Shown piece by piece: positions 25,923 to 39,283 of a DNA stretch of 60,000 nucleotides. Numbering within the stretch: the first letter of the stretch is position 1; every line of letters starts with the position of its first letter. This DNA is from Botryllus schlosseri. Lineage: Eukaryota. The stretch covers positions 30,506,001-30,566,000 of the forward strand of contig CM119372.1 of assembly GCA_051294905.1 (NCBI GenBank), written 5' to 3'. The notes under the pieces were generated by a model, which was not told where the DNA came from, ran no database searches, and saw nothing but the letters and a program-made list of their open reading frames with translations. The position numbers and the translations under genes were made by a program.

Positions 25923-27830
25923 CATTTATGTGCATTGCGGTATTTATTAACGTCGGGTAGGAAGTACAGATTGAAAAAGTCTGAGCTGTCGCGGCGGTTT
26001 CCTCAAAAATCACTAAAATACAAGTGACTAGTAGAACACATGCTTGTTAACTGCATACTTTCCAACACCAAACGGATCCATTGGTCTATTGCCGACGGCT
26101 AAATGAATAGAAGAAATATTTGCTTATGACATCACAATCAAGCGGTGTACAGTATTACACTTTAGATAACATTGTACCATATTGCTCAAACCTGTGCTTC
26201 AACCTGTACTGACCTATAAACCTGCCTTTGTGATAGCTAGCAATCGGCTCATTGATACTCGGATCTGGTACACCCCTGTACACCCCATCCGAGTGGTACA
26301 CCCTTTGCAAATTCTGGTACACCCTAGGGTGTACGACAACCCCGGTTGAAGAGCACTGGACTAGAGCACTAAATATTTGTGAATTCAGGGGTAAACTCAT
26401 TCTTTTAGGTTTTGCCTAGCATGTCGCCGAGAGGACATTATTACTTAAAGTCGGTCTTATGACAAAACCACGAAACCCTTGGTCAAGGAAGGGCGTATTT
26501 CAGAAGACTGCAAGCTTCGCGCAACATAAAGGCTTTCAAGGTGCACACTGCTCGGAAGGTAGCGACCAAGAAAACGAGCTTTGTACTGTTGTACATGTAT
26601 TTCAGTGCAGTGGTTCTCGAACTCGGCCGCGTTAAATTATCAGAAGGGGGGGCGCTAAGTCGAAGTTTACATAAAACAAATTTTGCGCTCCGTGCGATTC
26701 ACCCCCAGCATATCGTTTATGCACTGTGTATTCTCTGATTTTTATATTTCAGAATTCTCTCACCAACAGCCAGAACCTTCCATGCCATCAAACAATCCGT
26801 TGGGATTGCTAGCATTCTGGTTACACTTTTTAATATTGTGTAATATCACGATAAGGGTGGCGCGAAATTTCTCACTATCATAGAGAAAGGCCTGCCTAAA
26901 AAAGCTTGAGAACCACTGTTTTAAAGTCCTAATAGGAGATCGTGGATAGGGGTTTAAAGAGATTTAAATATGTATCATGTTTAACATTGTTTTCAATTAT
27001 GACGGTAATAAATGGATATTTTTAATTAACCGTCAATTTCTCATTACCTAATATCAATACATTCACTGAGCAGTATTTATACTAACAATGTAATTTAGAA
27101 ATAAAATTAAAATACGCTGGAGAGTAAAGCTAATTTTTTCACTCCGCCCGCCAACGTATTAATTTAGAAATAAAATTAAAATACGCTGTAGAGTAGAGCT
27201 AATTTTTTCACTCCACCCGCCAACGTATTTTTTTACTTCTCGTTTGGCCCGCGGAAGAAAATAATTGCCCACCCCTGATTTAAACGTTGGTAATGGACTT
27301 AGAATATCGGTTCCTTTTGGAGTAGAACAAGATGGAGTTGACAATTGTCATATAGCTGTTATTCTACTATGTAATCATATGTCCCTATACTGCACTATAG
27401 ATAACTAACCTACGGATAGATGCGCAACACGTGACTCACGGTCGAGTGATGCGACAACGGCAGATTTGTTGTCGCTTCATATCATGAAACGGGAGCGTAA
27501 TTGCTAATCCCATAGATGACGACCCGAGCGCTCAAATTAAATAAAGTTGATCTTATTTGAAAGCTACAGTCGCGCTGATTCTGATAATATACATTAAATT
27601 TTCATCAAGGCAATGGAACCACCCCGAAATAGCCTTCAAAGCCTGAAAATCGGCATTGTTCTAAACAATCGCAACGGCGCAGCACAATGACCATTATGAT
27701 GACCGAATGACCAATGACCAATGACCGAAATAGCCTTCAAAGCCTGCAAATCGGCATTGTTCTAAACAATCGCAACGGCGCAGCACAATGACCATAACAA
27801 CGGTCCGTGAGTGGTTGCGATCGTTTAGAA

Positions 27831-28668
27831 CAGTGGTTCCCAACCTTTTTATCCTAATTCCCCACTTCCGATTTATTCCTAGCCTTCATTCCCCACCTAA
27901 AATCTCTATATCCATATCTACCCTTTAAAGTGCTACCTCTAATAAAATTTTGCAAGACTTTGCTTAGTAAATATAGTGCGTGCTATTGGTGAGTGTTAAG
28001 ATCCCCGGAATTGATCAGCACTCAATAAAATTAATGCAGCGGTGAACTGGTAACCGTAATATATGTATCTACCCAGGCGCGCAGCCAACAGAAAAATAGG
28101 AGGGTTTGAAAATTTTCCAAATGTTGCGGGGTAGCATCAATTTACATAAGTAAATGCCGAATAATACATGGGTCAGATAAACTTCCTGATGTTGACGAAC
28201 GCATGCGTGCGATATATATATAAGCCGCCGTAAACTACACTTTCGCACAATACTAAAAGAACTTGAAATAACATAAGTATGTAATTTCATTTGTAATGAG
28301 TCCAGATGTGCTATTAATTAGCGAGTCCACGATCTCCCTTGAATACATATTCAGCAATATGTGCTCTTATTACAACGAATCAGAATTTTTCTACCACTAC
28401 GTTTCGTGACCGATGATGATGCACAAATGAATAAAAACATTTCTGGAGATCGCGTGTCGCTATCCAGGCGATTCTCGCTAATTGGAGGCACTGATAATAT
28501 GAATCGCTGAATTGCAAATGAGCTATGAAATATTCGGTCGGCATTTCAAAACGATATTTAATAAAGAAGAATATTACGGTAAAGATTTTTTTAAATCGAG
28601 TCTATTCCCCACCAAAAACCCCGAAATTCCCCACAAGTGGGGAATTCCCCACCGTTTGGGAACCACTG
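27831..28668 (+). mobile_element. 838-bp hAT (Charlie/Buster-like) MITE, copy 1
   Basis: TIR CAGTGGTTCCCAA...TTGGGAACCACTG; TSD GTTTAGAA. Apparently identical to 41848-42685. Confidence 0.96.
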
Positions 28669-28792
28669 GTTTAGAACAATGCCGATTTTCAGACTTGAAA
28701 GCTATTTCGGGGTGGTTCCACTGTATCGCATTGTATCGCATTTTTGTGGTGTATTGAACTGATAAAATTGCTAATAAACCAATGATGATGAT

Positions 28793-29065
28793 ACTTTCCT
28801 GGGTGAACAGAAAAATTTCAAATTTTTCGGTATATATTTTATATAATAAATAGAAACTTTCTTCTCCAGTAGCAATGCGGCTACCCGTTGGAATTGAATC
28901 AAATTTGGTGTGTAGGCTTAAGTTAGGTAACCTAACAATTTTATCAAGTAGCCAGTACGATTTGAGAAAAAAGTCATTTTTGAAGACCGCTAATGAACAG
29001 GGGTGTACGAGTTTTGAGCAAACGTTAAAAGGGTGTACCACGTCGAAAAAGGTTGAAGAGCACTG
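28793..29065 (-). mobile_element. Partial, uninterrupted copy of the hAT element that hosts the 14-kb insertion (empty site)
   Basis: The reverse complement reads CAGTGCTCTTCAACC...AATTCCAACGGGTAGCCGC..., collinear with 10090-10270 joined to 24320-24415. Confidence 0.9.
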
Positions 29066-31107
29066 TATTACAAAATATGACGTCACCGGAATGAAATTTC
29101 AAATTATCGGGACTTTTATCGAAATACGTCAACCAAGACTGTGCCTACAGAAATAGTGTGTGTACCATCTAAAAATAGCACATTGAGCGCGCTCTCTCTC
29201 TGCTGCCCCGATTTTTCGAAATTTTAAGCCTGTGACGTCATATTGTACGATACGATTTTTGATATACAATGTATTTTTCACTTCTTTGCTATAATTGCTG
29301 ACGGTGACTACTTTGACCACCCCTGTTCAATTGTATATTGTTCTGTAATATAAGTTCTGTACCTCAGAAGCTATTCAATGATTATATCTGTTAGTTTTTG
29401 CATTGCCTCAGAAAGTAAAATTTCATGTAAATGTATGTTTACGATCCACCATATTCTCAGATTCCTTCTTAAACGCACATAGCGTTGATATAACATCCGA
29501 TGCAGCAGCTTCATCGTATCGCTCATCACCATGAGATACGGGCTTTATAATAGGGGGAGAGCACAATACCGTAACTTTTCTGAAAGGGGTATATGCAGTT
29601 GCTTTCGTAACCACGAAAAGCGTTGATGATATATCCAATATATAACTTCGCCGTGTCGCCGATCGCCTTATCTACGCACTTTATAATTTGGCGGACGGTG
29701 CCATACCGTGAAATATTCTGATAGCGGGCACTGGGATCAAAAACGGTTAGGAACAACGATTCTATAGCAAAGCTATCATTTGCATCACATAATGTGGTCG
29801 AATCTAATCTTATGCTGGATAGAGGTCGTTGAGGCTGCTGAATATTAAAAAAAAAATTATTTCCGTGAAATAGCCAATGCTAAGTACCACGTACTGTTGT
29901 ATAGCGAAGATTCAAAAGAGCATGTGTCAAAGGTCAAAAGTAGGAAGCAACGATAGAGTTCCGGGCGCACGCAAAACGAGAGAGACTGATGTTGGCAGGA
30001 CCGTAACTGCCGCACCCCAAACCCCCATTCGGAGGGGGGCTCGAAGGGGTCCCAATATTGTTGGTGAATCATGGAGTATTTTCTGGAAATGTATGCAACT
30101 TTCTCAATTTTTTTTTCTCCGCGCGCAATTTATTGTCAAAGCAACGAGCAACGAGCGAGTTCACGCCTATGAGACTCATTCTATCGAGGTCAACCACTTC
30201 CGGGTCGGAGCACATGAAGACGTAAAGTTTTGGCCAACAAGTCGCTGATAAAATGAGTTCCCGAGAACATAAGCGGCGACAAAACCTTGGCCAAAAATGA
30301 CCGATGCTGGATGGCAAAACATTTCGATATGGATATGCTCCGTTGTCGGCACGGAATAGTCCCGTATTCTTCAATCTGAGTATAGACAGTAGTTACAGTA
30401 GTACAACTGAGACACGCAAAATAGTATCGAAGCTATAACTTTTGTTGATAAATTAACTTTCAGTGTCGAGGAGCGTATCATTTCAGTACTCGAGAAATTC
30501 GTACTCGACTCGAATCATTAAAATAAATACTCGATTCACATCCGAGTACTCGAATCATTGTGACCAGCCCCATAGTAATTATAACAGCATAACAGACCTT
30601 ATAATTATGAATTACGCGCTCCCAACTCTACCGATAAATCTGACCATCGGGGTCAGAGAGAGGATTAAAAATGAATAGCAACACGATGCAAATACCAATA
30701 TTATTGACGAAATTCATAGTCATCAACTTGAAAATTGACCAGCCAATGGGGGCCCAAGACCAACGTTTGGAGTGAGGGGACAAATTGCTATTTTGGTCCT
30801 GATTTTAGCTACAATCCACGATAACATGGTGTATAAGCGGGTGGCTATGGCGACAGGTTCGAAAGTAGAGTAAAGAATTGCGATTGGCACCCGTTTCAAG
30901 TAGATTCATATGAGAATAAGATAAAGTGAACATAAAATTCTGAAGCAGATACTGCAAGCTGCCGTTACGGGAAACGGCAAAGAACGGCTCGGTTATGATC
31001 AGCAGCTGTTGATTTTTAATGCTTCGTTGTGGAAATCGAAAGGTTTCGTTTGACGAGCACAAAATTTCTAATGTTGGCCCGGTGTACGTACGTACATAGG
31101 GCTAGGC

Positions 31108-32259
31108 CAGGGATGGGCAAGCTACGGCCCGCGAGAGTCTGAAGAAACTTTAAAAAATATATTGATAAAATGCGCACTAAAAATCGAATTAATGCAGGGG
31201 CTTCAAACTTTTTCTAAGTATATGTCACCATGATAATTCTGAGGCAGGGGTTCGCAAACTGGGGGGTGAGCCTCCTTGGGGACGTGAAAAGCATCTGAAG
31301 GGGGGCGCGAAGCTCATTTCCACTTAATTATTTTTTCGCGCTTCGCGCGATTTCCATCCATTTCATAATTGTTGATCTGTAGTTTGTCTTAATATCATAT
31401 TTAAAAATCTCTCATCCACAGTCGTAACCTTCCATGCCATTAAACTATCCGTTAGGTTTTCTAGTATCCTGTTTGTGTTTTGTGATATGACGATAAAAGG
31501 GGAGGGCGCGAAATCTTTCACTTTCATAACGAGGGCGTGTCTTAAAAAGTTTGAGAACCACCGTTCTAAGGTAAATACTTCCTATAATATTTTTCATGTT
31601 AAATTTCTGGCACGACAGCCCGATCTTAAGGCCCACGCAGTTTGAAAGGTTACAGCTGCTAAACATCACAGAAATTCTAAACGAGATTCGAATAATTCGG
31701 ATCACGAGTGGGATTTCAAATTGGCCACTCCAGTTTAAATTATTTCAGTGATATGCTTATTAAAAACGATTCGCGCGTGTCTTAGGTAGATTCGTTCTCT
31801 GCATGCGTAGAACTAGGGTATTTATATTTATCTACACATAGTAGAAGCGTGTTTGACGCTAACATGGTTATGATGCTGTCACCATTGTGTGTCCTAGAAC
31901 TGAACAAAAAGTGGAAAGAGTAAATCTATGAACAGATCGCTTTTCATAGATATTTCAATTTCAATCCTGTTCTAAGAATCGGGAAAACCGACTTTCATCT
32001 CGGTAGTTTTGACAATAAATTGGTTATTGAGGTCGACCAGCCTATGAAATCTTGTTACCGTTTCTGACGCGTGTACGATATCATCAAAGCAATGTTCGGT
32101 TTGTTTTAAATAAGCATATATATTCTCTCCATGTCCTCACTATATAATCAGAAACCAATATTGCGTTTTGGTTTATAATCCCAATTATTTATAGCGCGGC
32201 CCGCGAATGGATTCAGATATTGCATGCGGCCCACGAGCTCTAAAGTTTTCCCATCCCTG
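31108..32259. mobile_element. hAT-type MITE with a second MITE nested at 31245-31563
   Basis: TIR CAGGGATGGG...CCCATCCCTG; TSD GGCTAGGC on both sides. The inner element is flanked by TTCTGAGG and TTCTAAGG. Confidence 0.85.
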
Positions 32260-32835
32260 GGCTAGGCCTACTGCTCGCCAAGCAGCGACGGTCAAACTGC
32301 GTTTAACGAAGCAAAAACAAACATCAATACATAAGTTACTATTTGAAACTACGCAGGGTGATTATTATCCTGCTAAGTGGTAGTCACGTATGGTATTTGT
32401 TTATAACCTGATATACAGCATGATGGGTGTCCACTGTCCACTGTCTTTTCAATCACACTGCAATGTACATCGAATATCCATTTATACTACGTGTGGACAC
32501 TTCTTACGCAATGAGACGCAGAACGAATATTTCTGACGTAATATTGAGTATAGCGGCGTTTGAAAATCAGACGCTTGTGCTGTCACTAACCTATGGTATT
32601 ATATCTCTTCCTATTATTCCATGTTCACGAATGTTCGGTTTATGTCATAGTCCGTTTGCAAATAAAAAGTAATCGTTCTTTCACAAAGAAATCGATTAGA
32701 TATGTGAAGTAGTCGATTACGATTACGATTACTTCGGAATATTTGCGAATGTAATCGATTGCGATTACGATTACGTGAAAATGCTGTAATCGTCGTAATC
32801 GATTACGATTACTAATCGCGATTACCCCATGTCAG

Positions 32836-33980
32836 GTGTAGACTGGGGTGAATCTCGCGACGCTGTACGAGATGGACACACCGGAGGCAATATGCCTGTC
32901 ATATATTCAGAAGGATCTTCTTGAGGTCGGTAATCTACATAATCTCGGGACTGAAACGCTGAAAGTACTATTGCAGGGCTCAAAAGAATTTTCTGGAGAA
33001 AACATAAGTCTTGTGGAATATTATGAAAATTGTGAAACTTTTCGAGTATATCCGGAAGACCCGCGTTCCTAAGGCTAGTAACAAGAGATCAACTCATGTA
33101 TTATATTCATCATATCGATAGACTTTGTACAATATCTGAATTTCCGCAAATTATTGAATGGATACGAGAGTCTAAAGAAAGGGAACCATGCTTTCGGAAG
33201 ATATTATCGCATGCAACCACGGCTAATGGCAAATTTAAAGTGAGTTTGTCCACCATGACATTGCATACACCTCGACGTGTTCGAAATGATCGGGGTATTA
33301 ATTGGAAATATTGCTGCTTCATTGGATATCTTGCAGGAAAATTCTCCTGGTTCTTGACGTACTTGAGAATCTCGACAAAATCGCGGATAATTCGGGTACT
33401 GGATATCAAATTGAGGAAACGATGATCGGCTACATTTGCAAAATGTTCGTCAGCAAATTCGACGGTGGTTTGCAAATATGGAAAACCGCTAAACCATGGA
33501 TTGAAAGTAGATTGGAAGTAAAACCGATGGGACTTCGTTCGGGTATTTTGCTCTTTACACCTCCATCAATTTCCTGTGCTTTGTTCGCAGACCATCGGCC
33601 GATACAAGCTTGTGATCGAATCCGCTGAGTTCATGGCTAAACTGATCGAAGTTAGGTTCGATAAGGTCGAAAATGTGCAAATACTAACCAGCAATTAGTA
33701 CAGCCGTTTATCGGGAATTTGCGAACCAATTTGGCCTATCATAACATGAAACGTGATATGTCCGAATCTTCGAAAGTGCAGACTGTTACTGTCAAAAGAG
33801 TTAGAAGAGCAATTTACAGAATCGAACCAGCCATTGAACGAACGATTGCAGAGATCCGAGGAGAGAAGCGAAAAAAGGCATGAAGAGCTTAGACAAGAGC
33901 TGAAATGCCTCAGTGGTTTGAAGGATCATATTCATGTTAATGAGGATTTAATTGGAGAAGCGAATGGACAAATGTGCATG
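32836..33980 (+). pseudogene. Degraded, 5'-truncated paralogue of the BTB gene at 40881
   Basis: Fragments NLATLYE, LSYIQKDLL, MYYIHHIDRLCTISEF.QIIEWIRESKERE.CFR and ELKCLS.LKD.I.VNEDL align to 41218-43470. It has frameshifts, stops and deletions, and the BTB domain is absent. Confidence 0.9.
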
Positions 33981-34454
33981 AATCCCATGAAGTTTGGTTG
34001 ACGAAATCAACGGTACCGATTCACAACGTAACGAGAAATCGAGAAAACGGTTGACGCCGACAGTCCAAAACCAACAGCGGCAGTGGGATGCTGACTGCAG
34101 ACAAGAGACAACTGCATACAACCGATTACCGACGTAATACGATCCTTACCGCATTCGACCGAATCGACCTCGACCGACGTAATGCCGCTCTCTACAGCAA
34201 TCAATCGACAGCGACCAGCGTCGACAACAAAATTCGTAGCCACGTACGAAATACCAGCTACGGTACTGCGAGAGCCCTATTCCCTGAAGACTGTGCAAGC
34301 CAGACCAGCACAGGAATCCAAACACATATTACGCAGTTCACTACACCCGGAAAGACGAGTCAGACATGACAGACCCCTTAATAAATCTGCCTTGGACATG
34401 CCACAGCATGCAGATGTCCTTCAGCTATTAAGTAGCAGATGTGCACCTAAGTAT

Positions 34455-34552
34455 AAGCCGGACCCCAATTGTGGAACAGCATCTCGCCGGCTATCCGACA
34501 GTCGTCGAGCATGTCCGCATTCAAGTCGAAATGCAAGCAATTTCTTCTGAAT
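34455..34552 (+). mobile_element. LINE ORF2 C-terminal fragment
   Basis: Translates GPQLWNSISPAIRQSSSMSAFKSKCKQFLLN, a typical CR1/L2-clade ORF2 end. Confidence 0.8.
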
Positions 34553-35480
34553 TAGGGTTGCCATACATCCGGAATTTCCCAGATATGTCCGGAATTTCAC
34601 TGTTAAAACTGCGTCCGGAAGGAATTTCTAAAATATGCCTAAATGTCCGGAATTTTTAAGGCTTGAAGTATACTCATAATTTTTGTCGTAAATCAACACA
34701 AACAATATTATTTTTGGGCAGATTTATGTAACATGAAATTTTAATTCGCGCTGCGCGCGATTTAGTATCACATATATTGGTTTTATTATGGAGACTACCA
34801 CCCTTGCAACAACTGCGATCAAAAATGAATAAAAATAGCATTCATTTACAAAAATAAGTTTAATTGCAATCGTAATTACAAGATAAAGGTATATCGATAT
34901 AAAGTCGGTTTAGGCCGCTTGGATGCTTTATTCAAAGATAGTGGTTCTATACCTGGGGTAGTTTGCCTCTATTCTGGGGTTCGCGAAGATGTTAAGCTTC
35001 CAAAATAGACCGTGAGTAAGTCTGCGCAAATGTGCCGACGTTCAATTAGTAGTTGGCTTATCAAATTTGGAGCTGCCGCCACTACTTATTGGAAATGGAG
35101 TCGCGACCATAAAAGGTTGGAAACCACCGGATGTCAAAATTATATAGTAATATATGGAAGAACCAATATTATTGACATAATTCATTCAAATCATTTAACA
35201 ACCAGACGCATATCGTAAGCCCCCAGAAGTTGCATCGATTACCCTACGGTGGGCCCAAAATCAGTGTTTGTTTATTTGTGCGGGAGGGGCTGGAAAAATG
35301 GGGCTTCGGCCCTGGTTACAAGTTACAACACACAACCATATTCTCCTGAACCGGATCGTAACCATCTCTAGTCGATAGACAAAGCTTTACTGGTGTGAGG
35401 TCATATTGATCGACAATGTGCCCAAGTGCTCATACATCATTTTAAATCCACTAGTGGGCGCTACAGGGCGTCCGGGACAC
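34553..35480. mobile_element. Truncated inverted copy of the TAGGGTTGCCA-ended element at 44301-45887
   Basis: Starts TAGGGTTGCCATACATCCGGAATTTCCC and is collinear with the reverse complement of 45887 to 44330. Confidence 0.8.
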
Positions 35481-35511
35481 CGGGATCACATGGCGTTGGG
35501 AGCCTATAGAT

Positions 35512-38027
35512 CAGGGCCGGCCAACCCGTAGTGGCCCGCGGGCCACATTTGGCCTGCGAGAAAGTTTATAGTGGCTCGCGAGGTAATTTCTGAAATTAGT
35601 AATATTATCAAAAATGGATTGCACAGATTGTGAACTTGTAAAGCCAACCGAAAATTTGATTAGTCTGGACGCAACACTTGAGACGTGAGAGAGAGAGAGA
35701 GAGAGAATCTTTATTCGTATACATTACATATCAACATAACACTACAAAAATGTAACAGTGAAATGCGACATGCAATGTAGACGGGAGGCTCGATATGACA
35801 TAGTCGTCAGAGCCGAGCCACTCGGGACAGGAGCAATTTTCACAGTCGATAACTAATAAATAAAAAATAAAATTGAAATAAACTAACGAACGAAAGGAAA
35901 AATAAGACACAGTATCATGGACCAATTTGAAATACAATGCAAATATAATTTAGCGGTATCGTTAGAGATCAGAGAATGAAAACATTGTTTTTTTAAAAGC
36001 ACCAGAGTCTAAATTGCGGAGATTAGGTGGCAGCTTTATTCCAAACATTGACACCAATAAAACTGATTGAATTTTGTACTAGACTGGTAGAGTGGTGTTG
36101 CACAGACAGAGACAAGTTAGAAGAAAATCTGGTATGATGTTGGTGGGTATCTGAAGGTATCTTGAACAGATTATCAAAATATAGTGGCAGTTCAGCCTGA
36201 TGATAGCTATGCATAAATTTCATTACCTCAAATTTGAAAATGTCTTCCACTTTCAATATTCTAACGCTACGATACATGCTATTACAATTCTCATATCTAG
36301 ATTCCCGACAGAGAATTCGTATGGCTCGGTTTTGCAAGACTTGCAATTTCTGCAGATGTTTTCTCGCAGCAGGTCCCCAAACTAGGATCCCATAAATGAG
36401 ATAGCAGTGAATTAAGGCATAGACTGATCTGAGAGTTTGATGAGGAATTAAATTTTTTAGGCGATAGAGAGCCCCGACACCACGCGAGATTTTAGTTTTT
36501 ATATTGTTGATATGATCAGACCATCTGAGTTTATCATCAATGATAATGCCAAGATATTTAACAGTTTTATGTGTATCAAGATGTGCGTTATTTACTATAA
36601 TTTCACTGCGATTCACTTGTGTATGAAACACGAGAGTTTTGGTTTTGGAGGCATTGAGCTGAAGTTGGTTAGATGCCATCCATTTTGACACTGTCGATAG
36701 CTTAATTAGTGGTAATGTTGTCAAATGCATCAGATAAATTTTTACCGGGTATAACTAGGCTGGTGTCATCAGCAAACAGTGTGGTATCATTGTCAAATAA
36801 ATGACCAATATCATTGATGTAAATTATGAACAGCAGGGGCCCGAGAACTGATCCCTTAGGTACACCAGTCTGTATGGGTAGTAATTGTGAACGCGTTGTT
36901 CCAATATGAACAAATTGCTTCCTACGATTCGAAATACATTTTTGCAAGCTCACGTATACCATAGAATTCAAGTTTATCAACTAGTTTGGAATGATTGACA
37001 CAGTCGAATGCCCTTTTCAGATCTAAAAACACGCCAGTGGCAACATTTTTAGAGTCAATGAGCTCATATATCCTTGGGGCAACCTGTAATATAGCTTGAG
37101 AGGTTGTTTGGTTATTTCTAAATCCATATTGATTTGAGTTTAAGAGATTCATTTTATTAAGATAACTTTTAAGTCTCCCAAATAATATTTTCTCAAGCAG
37201 AGTGGCAAACGGTGACAATATCGAAATGGGTCGATAGTTGCTTGCGTTGGTCTTGTCCCCACATATAAATACAGGTATCACACGTGCAATCTTCAAGTAA
37301 TCAGGAAGTATCCTATCCCTGAAGAAAATGAGAAATTGAATAATTTAGCGATGGTATCTGCTAGGCGTATTCCTATGTGTTTGACAATAATGACAGGTAG
37401 TTGATCGTGACCTTGAGATTTATTGTTTTTCAGTGTAGATAGAACACTTATGACTTCGTGATGACTAAAATATCAGTTCCGACGCATTGACAGATCCATG
37501 AGCTGATCACACTTTGGTAGATCTTCGTACACTACAATCAAGCAGAATAATTTGCGATAGATTTATCAAAAGTCAAAATTTTCTACACGCTTCGCGCAAC
37601 ATGTTGTCACTCGATGTCTTGGTTTTGATATTGTTACCCCTTTGTGAAAATGAAAGAACGCCTAGGCCTAATGTATCAGATTGAGTCTAACTATATTCGC
37701 GATGACGAGACAAAGTTTCGTTCAACATATGCGACCTTGCGTTTGCGCTCGCAGAAAGACCGTCGACTGTGAAACCTATATAGGCACAAAATGCACAACG
37801 CACAACGCATGTTGGTCAAAGCTTTCGAAATTGATATATCCAGGCGCTGAATAGTCCAGTCCTTGCAAACTGAGCCCAGCGATATACAGCAGGCCCGCAA
37901 TATAGTCAAGTGACATACTTACTGAGCTATGAACTTCGAAAGATTTTCGCGCTTGGCGCGGCTAGTGGCCCGCGCAATATTTCGTCAATCGAATGTGGCC
38001 CTTTGGCTGAAATGATTGGCCTCCCTG
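35512..38027. mobile_element. hAT-type MITE carrying a LINE insertion
   Basis: Ends CAGGGCCGGCCAA / TTGGCCTCCCTG; TSD CTATAGAT at 35504-35511 and 38028-38035. Confidence 0.85.
35686..37470 (-). mobile_element. 5'-truncated CR1/L2(Crack)-clade LINE with a frameshifted reverse transcriptase
   Basis: Motifs NYRPISILS, QYGFR, FLDLKRAFDCVNH, GVPKGSVLGPLLFIIYIND, LFADDT and KYLGIIID are spread over three frames. The 3' end has AATAAA followed by a (TC)n tail. Confidence 0.95.
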
Positions 38028-38053
38028 CTATAGATAAACCTCCAACAGCAACC

Positions 38054-39283
38054 CAGTGTTGCCAACTCCGGATGGAAGAAAATCGCTAAAACTGGTGTCA
38101 AAAATCGCTAGATAGCGCTAAATATTGAGAAAAAAGCGCTAAAAAATAGCGCTAAATCTGCAAAAGGTGCTAAAGGTGTTAAATTGAACCATTATATCGA
38201 TATATTCTTCTCAGCTATATTTTACTCGTCTGGGGCCAAAGTCACTTATCGTATTTATAGTTCATAATACGTAATAGTCATATCTAAGCGGGACAAAACG
38301 GCAGTGCATTTCGATAAAGCAGATCGCTTTGCGCAACGATCGCTATAACGTGAACACTGACCAGGTTTGCAGGCATAACCGCTCACTATATCAGCGTGCC
38401 TTACTCGATGCGTCCGTGAATACGTGATGCGATGTACCGTGGTTATGCGCTTGACTTCTTCTCTAAACTGTGTTCGAGTTGGCCTACTTGAATACGACAT
38501 GCGACTTGACACACGTTGACACGACATACGACTTGACCCGTCACAACACGACGTTGAAACGGGTTTGTTTTCCACTATAAGTAGAGACCTTAAGAAAATA
38601 ATCCGAGGACCAACCCGGTGTATGAAATGTAATTAATCTGGCCTTAAACGAATGACCAGACATTGGAGCGACCTCAAAACAGTCCCCAAAGTCTGGAAAT
38701 CGGCATTGATAAGAACAATCGCTGGACGAAATTGGTCATTGTTATGTTCATCGTGTTGCGGCGGTGCCATTGTTGGAGCAATAATGCCGGTTTTCAGACT
38801 TTGAGGGCTGTTTCGGGGTGCATGGTTCCATTGTCCGGACGAGATTTTATTTTGTATTTTCGAAATCACTGCGACACTATCTTTCGTTTATGGCCATTGG
38901 CCAATTATATTAAACTTCAGCGTTCAGGTCGCCAGTTTTAGCACTGCCAACTATGCTACTTTTAGATTACTCAGCAAGAAGAGACATTGTTTGCCCATGC
39001 GTAACCGCCAGGAGTTGCGTATCTACTACTATCGATCGGCAGGTATTAATCTATAATTATATATCATCGGAGTCCGCACTCTGGTGACCGGTATAGCCAA
39101 TGCAGTCGTCAGCCAGAACTGATCTTTAGTGGTTATTTTCGGTAAAAAAGCGCTAAATAATCGCTAAATACTTCTTCAAAAATCGCTAGATTTATCGCTA
39201 GGCGCTAGATCCATATTTTTTGGCGCTAAACCGGATGAAAAATCGCTAGATCTAGCGCGAAAATCGCTAAATTGGCAACACTG
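38054..39283. mobile_element. MITE with AAATCGCTA subterminal repeats
   Basis: TIR CAGTGTTGCCAA / TTGGCAACACTG; imperfect flanking duplication AGCAAC(C/G). Confidence 0.8.

Larger units (their letters stand above)
10090..26358. mobile_element. Non-autonomous hAT (Charlie/Buster-like) element, ~1.2 kb native, expanded to 16.3 kb by two nested insertions
   Basis: Perfect TIR CAGTGCTCTTCAACC / GGTTGAAGAGCACTG; 8-bp TSD GACTAGAG at 10082-10089 and 26359-26366. An uninterrupted partial copy is at 28793-29065 (minus). Confidence 0.92.

Noticed and set aside
27090..27230. 69-bp tandem duplication, and a ~103-bp duplication at 27622-27795
   Set aside because: Ordinary local duplications within MITE fragments.
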